This document shows positions 27,901 through 39,000 of a stretch of 64,000 nucleotides of DNA, in pieces. How positions within the stretch are numbered: position 1 is the stretch's first letter; the number at the start of each line of letters is the position of its first letter. The position numbers were made by a program, and so were the translations under genes. The notes under the pieces were generated by a model. The model was not told the DNA's origin. It did no database searches and saw nothing but the letters and a program-made list of their open reading frames with translations. This stretch comes from Tubulanus polymorphus (Eukaryota > Animalia > Nemertea): the NCBI RefSeq assembly GCF_964204645.1, contig NC_134026.1:2131950-2195949 (forward strand), written 5' to 3'.

Positions 27901-30900
27901 AAATCGAATATTGCTGCCGTAATGATGGAGATCAAAATACAGTCATACATTTACCCACTGATAAACCAATAGTCTTGCTACCGTTTGTCGACGGAACCTG
28001 TCAGAAAATTGAAGGTAATTGAACTGGTTACTATTTACCTATTTCCAATAATTTTCTTTTCGAATTTGACAATCGAAATTTGATAATGAATTCGATTATT
28101 CAGAATACTTCTAAAAAGTCTGATTTTTTAATTCTCTGTTTTAGGCATGCACTCGCAAATCTCTAAAATCGATTACAAAACGAATTCTCCGAGCGGTAAA
28201 TTAAGAGTGTCGGGGCTGCATCCATTCTTCTGGCAATATAACAACGGTTTCCATGAAGAATTCTGCTATTACGCTCCTATCAAATACGGTATGTAACAGT
28301 ATTCTGTATCATCATCTATCTACATCAGAAAGAAGCCACTATGATAATCATATCCCTTTGATTTCTTTCTCTAGATTGTGGCGGGGTCATTGAATTATCG
28401 CAGAAGACAAAAACGTTCGAAATTACGAGTCCCAATTTCCCAAATAAGTATGATGCCAACAGGGAATGTATTTGGCTCATAAAGGTAAACAATGATTGTT
28501 ATGAATTGTAAGCGTTGACTTTAACAACAGTTTTCGTTTTAAACGTATTTCAAATGCGTGATACTAATTATGATACATCGAGTAAATCGATATTTCCAGT
28601 CACCTAAAGATTCCGTGATACAATTTACTCTGGAAGAAATGGACATAGTTAAAGGACGATGGTCTTGCAATGATGATTATTTAGAAATCAGAAAGCATCT
28701 TATTGGACAATATGGACAACGGTATTTTCAAATGTTGAAGCATATAAACATTAATGAAACAGCTCTTATACTTTTATCATTTTTTCATTTTCAGTTATTG
28801 CGGCAATTTCACGAACTACAACCGAACTTACACATCTAAGTACAATAGCATGATACTTGAATTTAAAACAAATTTTGACACTTTCGGCAAAGGATTCAGA
28901 GGTCGAGTAAGAATGATATCAGGTAAGATCTTGCTGTACAAAGAGCACCAAAACCATTTGTTTGTTTAAATTCAGAATGCCATGAAATAACTATTCATAT
29001 GTCATATCTTTGAATCCTGATTTCATGTTCATTTTCGGCATTATCTTCTCCTTGCTTGCAGAAACAGATTTTTGTTACAATCCTAAAACTGATGGAATGA
29101 ATTATCGCGGCATCACGAATTACACACAGTCTTACGTGCCATGTTTACCATGGGAAGAAGTAACTCACTGTAAATACCACGCTTTTACTAAAGAGTAAGT
29201 TAACCATTACCAGTATATTCAGTCCAGGTTCCTGCAGCTTTTGGGAAGCCGTTCCTCAATAAAAGCTTTTGACAATTTCATTATTATAGCGCTGTATATC
29301 AAGGATTATCCGGTGATCATAATTACTGTCGTAATCCTGATGGAATGTCGAGACCGTGGTGTTACACAGAAAAAGACGACTGTAAACAAGATAATTGTGA
29401 TGTCTGTCTCTTCGGTAAGCTCCATTATCAGCGACCACGAACATAATTACTGGTTACTACATGTCAACGGACAGCATTAATCTTCTAATTCGAATGTGTT
29501 AAGTGCATTTTTGTGGTGGTAATCTTACAGATAACTGTCACGACATATTCGATGATTGCAAGGAAGAACTGCAGAATGACCCGAATTACTGTCAGAATGA
29601 GAAATCGGCATTCATCGGTTGTCACAAAAGCTGTGGATTCTGTAAGCGATCTAGACGAGGTTAGGAGATTCAAATTGTTTAAGTGATGGAAGTGTCACTT
29701 AAATTCTCAAATTCCCAAATAGTTAGGAAAGCTGTTTTCATCTGAATTACAAAGATAAAAGGGGATATTTTTCAGCCATAAGCGAAAAGAAATGTCTTCA
29801 CCCGAAAACGAAAGAAGCGATCGTATTGACAGCGGCAAAAGAGTCGTACAATATCGGTGAGACAATCGAGTATAAATGTATGTATGGACACGGTAGATTT
29901 GAGAGAACGTGTATGAGTGATGGAAGCTGGGGTGGTGTTGATAATATATGCCACGGTTGTATGCCTGGATATAAAGAACACGACGGCAACTGCTACCGAT
30001 TGTTTGCCGAGCAACAAATATATCAGATCGCTCAGAACAAATGCCAAGAAATCGGATATCATACGCTTTGGCTAGAGACAGAATCTGAAAGAGATTTCAT
30101 CGTCAAAACATTGTAAGTCCATCGGCATCGCTAAATCCCCTGATTCAGATTACTATTTTTTTCACGTTATATTATTGATATTCTATTGGATAGCTTTTCG
30201 AGACGAATCAAAGACATCGGTCTCGGGGTGCGTCGTTCGGAGAAACAATTCCATAAATGGTTGACGAACAGCGGTAACTGTGAAGGTTATACGTCTTGGG
30301 TTCCTGGACAACCGAAAAACGATAAAAATTGTTCCTTGTTACGAAACGACGGAAACATGATCGGGGAATTTTGTGATTCTCCAAAACCCTATATTTGCAA
30401 AGGGAAAAAGCCAGGTGACACACGACTCAACACAAAGTTCGGCAATAAAATTTTTTATTCTTTTCGTTATGTTACTATATTTGGTTATCATATTTCGATT
30501 GATTTGCAGTAACGGCCGATTGCGTAGATCGTTTGGCAAGTTGTCGAAATTTGTTACATCGTCATCCACTAATTTGCGAACAAAACCGAGAGTTCGTCAC
30601 CAGTTTTTGTCAATATTCGTGTGGAATGTGCAGTAAGAAAACATTCCTACAAAATTTACAACGTTTTAGTTGAAAATTTATGCAATCTTTAACACATGGA
30701 ATTTTTCTAATATCTGTTGCCAGTTATAACAGTTGGCAAATCAAAAAGGAATGAGATCAGCGTCATGCTTTATTTCATCTCTTTTTTATTTCATATCAAG
30801 ATAAAAGAAATCCAGATTTCTGCAAAACTAATCAGCGGGGTAAATGGTATCCCGGACACATAAACCAGACTAAATCTGGTAAACCGTGCCAAAGATGGGA

Positions 30901-33900
30901 TTCTCAAACACCACAGAAACATACAAGAAATAACCCTCGCAATTTTCCCGAGGCGACTCTGGCGGAGGCGGCTAATTATTGTAGGAATCCTGACAATGAA
31001 CCGGGTGGTCCTTGGTGTTATATAAATCTTCCAAATCAGAAGAAAAATTGGGAGTACTGTGATATTCCTCAATGTGGTAAGGGAAAATGATATTCGTTAC
31101 CTGTAGTGTATAATGGCCGCTTAATAGAATGTCGCATGCTTTCTATAAATGATTGCAAGAGATTATTTCAGCTGCTGTCTGTTTTAATGTTCCTAGTCAT
31201 TGCTTATCTCTTATTGCCAGTTCACTCTCACAAGTCCTCACCAGTCATCCATGCATCTTTTGTACAAGATCATTATTCGTGGGCGACCTTTTACTTTGAT
31301 CAATAACGATTCCAACGTATCTATCATATCTAGAGAAGTTTGATTTTTGTATTATTTCCTAGGCAAAAAGGGACAGTGCAAAACTCCTACTGCAATTGCG
31401 AACGGTTTTATCGAGAAATACGTATCTCCAAACAGCAACCAAACGATCAACGTAACAGGCGATCACGTTTCAACTGCTGGTGATTACGTGCACTTCAAAT
31501 GTAACCCTGGGTTCGAGTCCGTATCTGGTAATCTAGTTAGATTGTGTTTACAGTCTGGTGACTGGTCGGGATCGGAATCAGTATGTTCTAGTAAGTAGGA
31601 GAATGATCTAAATTTCTTAATGAGCCGAAGAGCTCAAAACTTATACAAGTAGATCATTTATCATATCATATCATATCATATCATATCATATCATATCGTT
31701 CTTCATGCTTTTTCAGATTCATCATTGCTTACGCGTAATATCGGTGAAAGATTGAGACCGAGACGAAGAAGGGACAAACATCGCGATATCGTTATCGATG
31801 ACAACCTGAAAATTCCGATTGATGGTGAAATTTTGGAATGGCGAATTTACAGCGTTTCGAAGAGCACGATGTATTTACAAGTTTGGGAAACCGTCAGCAA
31901 AGACAAATTCAAACTTGTCGGTCAAAATAAAATCGAGACAAGGCTTCATCGAAGTATGACATTTAGAATACCAGAAGAGCAAAGGATTCATGTGAAAAAA
32001 GGTTATTTTGTGGGAATGTACTTTAGCGATAGAAATCCACCTATTCCTCACACAACCTGCGCGCATCAAGCGCTTCTTCCTTATAACGATACCATTTACT
32101 CGACAACCGCTAGAAAACCTGGACCAATCACCATCGAGGATGAGTACGAATTTACAAGTAGCATGAACGATTGTAGAAACTATTCAATACAAGCGACCGT
32201 AGCTCCGAGTAAGTCATTCAAAAATTGAAATTTATTCAAACACCGAAATACAGTTCAAGATGAATATTTCTACGAATAATTTTCAGAGGTTCTTAAAGAC
32301 TCTTGCGACGCTTTAGTGGTGTCTCCAATGAGAATTATTGGTAATACCTCCACTATAGCAGTAAGAGGTGACGTATTGACGTTTAGATGTGAATTCCCAT
32401 ATTACCTCAAAGGGGCCGGTGAAAGACGATGTTTAATGGGAGGCAGATACGATAAACCAATGCCTACGTGTATATGTAAGTTGCCTGTGGTCCAATTAAA
32501 TATTTAGTGATACTTTGAATTCTTCGGGAATGTCTTTTTGCTATCAATTCCTTGGCGTTTTAGACAAGAGCCCCTGCCCGAAAAACTGGACATTTATAGA
32601 TGGCTCCTGCTTCATACAACTTCCTGGAAGGACAAACTACTCACAAGCGTCGAAGTCATGCTCATCGCACGGAGACGATGTATTTTTAGCTTCTATAACC
32701 CAAGCTAGACAAAATCTCATGTCAAAATACGTGAACAGTTGGGTTTCACGAGTGGCTGGTAAGCATAGTGAATTGATTATGATATTTGTGTCAAGCGATA
32801 TATTTGTGTTTAATAGCAAAACGTAAATTTACAAATCTTTATCTCAGGATTAGTTCAGCAGCCTGTTTTATGTAAGAAAGACAAACGAGGACGTGGGTAC
32901 GCGGGTCGAGTTAGTACAGACAAATCTGGTAACACCTGCCAAAGATGGGATACTCAGAAACCACAGTGGCATAGTCTCACTAATCACAACAGATTCCCTG
33001 GGCATCCAGCATCGCTCAAAGAAACTGAGAATTTCTGCAGGAATGTAGACGGTGAACCGCGGGGTCCTTGGTGCTACCTGGCTGATAAATCAAAAGGTCG
33101 CTGGGCTTATTGTGATATACCGTTGTGTGGTAAGGAAACTTGATGATATTATACTTATTCAGTTCGACGGATAAGAATCTGGAATAGTTATTGAATAACG
33201 AACATTTATTTGATTACAGGAAAAAGCAGCAATGTAAGCACTTGTATGTCTACTGGGACGAACATGGCTGCTCAATTAGAAGATTGCCAGCGTTTGCTTT
33301 ACCCCCTTTGTGAAAGAAAAGCAGGTACGTATTGCAACTTTCGAAATACTTCCAATCGATTTATCACTTCAGACCATTTCTTGTTAAATCGCTCTCAATC
33401 CCATATTTTCAGTTTGTCCCATCGATTTTGTACAGTATAAAGACCGCTGTTTCCTGTGGAGTCGCGAGGAACGTACCTGGCAAGAAGCTGAAGATGAGTG
33501 TAATAGATGGGACGGACATCTAGCCACTGTACCAGATGACGTAACACGCCTCTTCCTAGAAGACTACATGTATGTATAAGATGAATACGATGATTTGATA
33601 TAACGTGACTTTGTAAAAATAACGTATCATATTCACACAGGAAAACGGATCGATGGAGTTCATGGATCGGTCTGAATGATAAAGAAACAGAAAACCAATT
33701 CAAATGGATCGGGAACGGACAGTCTGCGACATATACTAATTGGGGAAATGTCTGGGGGCGTCAAAAACCCTCAGGATCACGCTCTTCAAATTGTGTATTC
33801 ATGATGTGGGGCAAAGGACTTTATTACAAATGGGTTGATGATCCCTGTCAAAATAAGCACAGATATGTCTGTCAAACTGGTGTTTTATTCAAGCGTAAGA

Positions 33901-35750
33901 TTTTCTTAATCTGTAAATGTAGATAGAATACGTGATAGTTTCAAATAACCTCCTATTAGATATGGCAATAGTAGTGATTCTCACTTTCTTTATGAAGTAT
34001 TATCTTTCATTCGTTTACGGCTTCATTTTAGCTGAATTCAAAGATTCCTGTTCACTCCCTTATGTTCATTTCAACACGACTTTGGCAACGACACCGAAAG
34101 CTGAATTTAATGTTGGAGAAACAGTGAATTATGTATGTTCCGATGGATATCAACTCGTTTCCAAACAAGGATTAAACCGCACGTGTTTGGGCAAAAACGT
34201 TTGGACGAAGACTGCTCCAAAATGCATCTGTGAGTTGAAAAGTTTATTCTTATTTCATAATAGCTCAGAATGTGTTTTGAATTCATTAAATGTATTTCTT
34301 TTAGATTCCACTGATATCTATGATGAATATGGGTCGTTAGGAAACACAAGAGAACAAGATGGCGGAAAATGGGTTCATATGTTTTCGGTGAACCAATATG
34401 CAATCAAACACAAGTCTAAGATTACCCAGTGGAGTTTCCAGAGCAAAGTAAACACAACGATCTACCTTCAAGTTTGGCGAGCTGATCCTAGGAATGATAA
34501 AGCGTACGTGCTGATTGGCCAGAATAAACTTGACGTCACGGCGGGCATGAACACGTTCGACGTGGCCCCTGAAGATCAGATAGTGGCTCTACCTGGTGAT
34601 CGTATAGCTCAGTTTGCTTACAAACAGGCTGCGGTCAGATACATGCCATGTTGGAGCGGACACGACTATCTAGTTACTCGTTATACGGAGGAAAAAATGA
34701 ATGTCGGAATCGAATTGAAATATTCGAAAGGGACCTGGTATACTTGCCGTCAATACCGTCTGAAGTTTCTGGCAATGAGACAACCGCTTGATAGAATTGA
34801 AAAGGGTTGGTATCTTAACTTTGATAAACTGATTCAATTAATAGCATAGGTTATGAAATAGATTGTTTAAGTGGCTAAAGAGTATTGTTTTATCGTACGT
34901 ACGTTTCACAGTCGTGCTCGGAAATTTTACGAAATTGTGTAGAACTCCAACGATTCACGAATCGACATCACTGACCCCGATGAAAGACATATACTCGGCT
35001 AACAGCAATGTGTCATATTCGTGTAACAGTCCTGATGCTCAAATTGCTTCTGGAAGCAACCTTAGAACATGTATGGGAAGTGACCTGTGGACGTCGCAGT
35101 CTCCGATATGCAAATGTAAGTAATAACTTATTCGCGTTTCTTACCCGAAATGTCCTACTAGTTTGATAATGAGCGCGATACTACTTTTCTTACTAAAAAA
35201 AACTTCAATACCAAGTGCTTTAATCTGCTTTCGTTTACGGCTCCGATTTTTACTTTTAGTCACCAATGATATCGTTGATGTGTATGGCATCAGTCAACAA
35301 GCAAATATGTATGACGGCTCCGGTTGGATCCATATCTTCAATCCGGATGTATACACTATCAAACACAAGTCGAGAATCTCGCAATGGAGGTTTTATAGCC
35401 GAAAAGACACCGAAGTATTCCTGCAAGTTTGGCGACCCGATCCTCAAGAACCGAAGAAATTTACTTTAATCGGCCAGAACAAACTGTCAGGCATAAAAGC
35501 GGGAGAGAATACATTTAACGTGACAAAAGCTGATCAGATATTGGCGCTACCCGGAGATCGTATCGGGCAATACTCAATCAACCATCCAGGAGCTGTTGTT
35601 TGGCAACCATGTGGTGGTGGTAATAATTACCTCGTGTTGTCTAACAGGGCCCTATCTATACCTATATCGTTCGAGGGAAAATTTGTGTTTGGTGGCTGGT
35701 ATAGTTGTCGTCGTTTCCTTGTCAAGGTTACTGCCAACAGGGTACCGTGA
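24954..35750 (+). CDS. Secreted mosaic astacin (M12A) metalloprotease: SP-pro-astacin-EGF-ApeC-CUB-Kringle-ShK-CCP-CTL-ShK-Kringle-CCP-X-CCP-CTL[Kringle]-CTL-CCP-X-CCP-X
   Basis: Signal [15 protein letters not shown]; furin site RAKR; [19 protein letters not shown]; Met-turn SVMHY. ApeC 27461-28288 ([34 protein letters not shown]); CUB 28375-28922; kringles with CRNxDG/N..PWCY at 29061-29413, 30800-31076, 32848-33129; five CCPs; CTL motifs. Stop TGA at 35750, AATAAA at 35755. Some exon boundaries are approximate. Confidence 0.9.
31660..31696 (+). repeat. (ATATC)n microsatellite in intron
   Basis: About 7 tandem pentamers. Confidence 0.9.
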
Positions 35751-36093
35751 AAACAATAAAATGGTCTTCTCAAATACACATACCTTTTAGTTAGTATTCC
35801 TTCTCTAAGTGTTTTAGTAGTTCGATTTTAGAGTCTTTGGTCAGATACTTTCTTTGGGGTACAAAAAGAAACTAGAAACTACGATCATAAAATAGAATAT
35901 ACATATTTATTTTTTCTTGACAGTGATTTGTAGCTCTGTGCTGTATACACTGCTTGGTCAACGAGTAACAATTATTTGCTATCAGATTAGTGCTATTAAC
36001 TACCACCACTTGTAGTTGTTGTGCGTTTACGAAATATTACAAAACTTTTTTTAAGTACATAAGTCGATTTTGTCGTCATGGATGTCGTTAATT

Positions 36094-39000
36094 TTATGAT
36101 TCGATTACAAGAGTTGACAGCGAGGGACTGAAATGTTGACACAAACCACATGAGACTGGACAACTACGTAACATAGATTTATCATTTTCGCATTTCTTGT
36201 CCGGCCCTTTCGCCCATTGTTCACAGAGAATATCCTGGTCTCTACAATTAGCTGTAAATAAAGAATGTATTATTCAGAAAGAAAACAGGAGTTGGTGAAG
36301 TTCAGTTTGAAGAGGTGGAAATGGAGAAAAAACCAAACTTACAGCGTTTGCATAAGCCACATGCCAGTTTGCATTCTTTTAACATATAAACAGGGCTGCT
36401 CTTACAAAGTCCATGCGCCGCCCAAGACGCACAATTTCCATTTGTATCCACACAATCTGTAGAAGAAACATATATGATTTCAATAAATACCAGACGACGT
36501 AAACATCGTTTTAAAGAGATACAAAAATGCAAGATGATCTCTAGGTGATCTAATTTTGATTATAAATCTTACATATTCGTTCGTCAGTGTTGCCTTGATC
36601 TGATTCGTCCAACTTGCCGCAGCTGCCACATCCTTTCTGACAATTATACATCATCCATTCTGGATTTTTTTCACACTCTCCAATACGAGCCCATTCCGAA
36701 CACAGACGATCTTTACCGTACGAGTTTATACATCCTAAAATCATACAAAAAACGATGATTATTATCAACTTATCGCACATGGCTCAAATACCGTTGGAAT
36801 AAAGCTTAAATTTTGTTCAATATTATTTAATCGAGAAAGATTTTGTCGATTCACAGTCGAAATATGAAAACTCTTGTATAACATTATGATCATTTTTCAT
36901 CTTAGGATGATAAATGTGAAAGACGTTAGAATACATTCTTTCAGGCACCGTTTCTATAGTTAACGTAAAATGAACGAAAATGTACATTCGATAAGAAACA
37001 AAACTTTACCAAAGCTAAAAACAGAAGTACATAAACATGCATCAGGGATATAGGAGATTCTATAAAATGGAAGGACAAATTATTTGTGATATGCACCACA
37101 TACCTTGTTCATTTATGGTGAGTGATATTTGTAGTAGGATATTTGTAAGTATTTTTGTAAGACGTTTTGTGTGTTCTAAAATGTACTACTGCGCATCCTC
37201 TATCGCCATTCCAAGTTATCGTGTATTGTTGTGTCAAGTGACTGGTAGATTAGTAATGAAACTAACGAATTTTGTTATCCGCACAAAAATCACACATTAA
37301 ATTGTTAGTGAACAAATCATTCAACAACAGCGAAGGCTAAAAAGGCCAACATTCGATGACATTTCTATGATGTCGATTACTGTCATTAACGGGGATAAAA
37401 ATAGGTTTGAATTTTTGAAATGTTGGCCTTAATTGATGTTTCCAAAAAGCCAAAACCATCAAACTTCTACTGCCGATAATGCTCTCACCCTCGCCCTGAT
37501 TAATGACGTCACAGCCGGTGCACGTTTTAAAACAGTTGGCCATCATCCAAGCCGGAACTGATCTGCATAGACCGTCTTGCGACCATGCGTCGCATGTTGT
37601 GTCGTCGCCAAACATGTTGACGCATTCCGTATTACCTGAACATTGATAAATCTATTTCGACGTGAATTTTGAAATTCTTGAAACGAAATTTAATTTTAGT
37701 ATTTGCACGTTTAAGGCTGAACTTCATCTAATTCCAGATTTCTACTATTTTCAATTTCTACGTACCTAGCGCAGTTGGTTTCTGGGTGGTTACAACCTGT
37801 GTTGTTTGGAATGTATTTGTAGTTGGTGTCGCTAAAGGCGCCGTATTTTCGTATATACAATCGCTACATGATTTATAACAATATATAGACATCCATTCGT
37901 GGTTTATTTCACATTCTCCCAATTCGGCCCAAAGAGAGCATTTTAAACCGTCTTCGTGAATATCTCGACACAACTCACCCTGAGGTCGACCGGAGTTATC
38001 ATCTATCGATGTACTTTCATCAGTCGAGTCTCGCCTTCTTCCTGTTAAAACAAATGCCGCATTCGATGATAATCGTATAACTGCCATTAATATTTCGTTT
38101 CTAATTCTCTAAAACAGAAGCTGATAGCTTACCATTCTCACCAGGCCGTCCCGGACAGAAATTACACGATCGTTTGCAATTTTCAACCATCCACGACCCA
38201 TAGTTTCTACTATAACATGCTCCTTCCCTTGCCCATTGTTTGCATCTTTCGGTGCTGAAGAATATATCGCGGCAACCTGAAACCAACGAACGGTGACATT
38301 ATTATATATGCGTTAGCTGATAAAAATATCTTAAATTTGTGTTAAATTGGTGTTGATATTCATAGGACTATTTATGATGCTTACCACTAGATGTCCCCGT
38401 CTTAGGGCACAGTCCGCATGATTGTTTACACTTTGATGTCATGAACTCAATGTTCGATGTACAACCGCCTCCTTTCGCCCACTCTGGACAAAGTGTTCGT
38501 TGATCTAGACATTCTATTGCAGAAGAGATATATAATGAATTCTCATTCGTATACGAATCTATTATTAGCAATGGATAGATTTTTACTAACCTTCATCATC
38601 ATCGCCTTCACTATCAGCAGTTTCAACTGTTTCCTCTGATTCTTCTGTTCTCAGAATTCCATCATTAATCGGGTCTGTATTACACAGGTCACACGACTTT
38701 CTGCAGTTGAATTTCATCCAGGTGTTTTCCTCGGTACAGAATCCATCTTCTTTCCAATCTGGACATCCAACATCCAAATCAACACAGGCTTTAAAGAAAG
38801 GGAGAGAGAGTTGTAGGATTAAGTAGAAACTAAAGGGAAAGTGTATGTTGTAAGCCGGTACAATGTTTGTAGTCATTCTTGTCAATTTCCTCCTTTTTTA
38901 AAAATATAACGATACGCTTTAGGAATAACTTTCTGTGTAAGTTTTTCATATTTGTCAGTGCTAAATTTCTTAAGAAGCTTTATTCATCCTTACTTGAATC

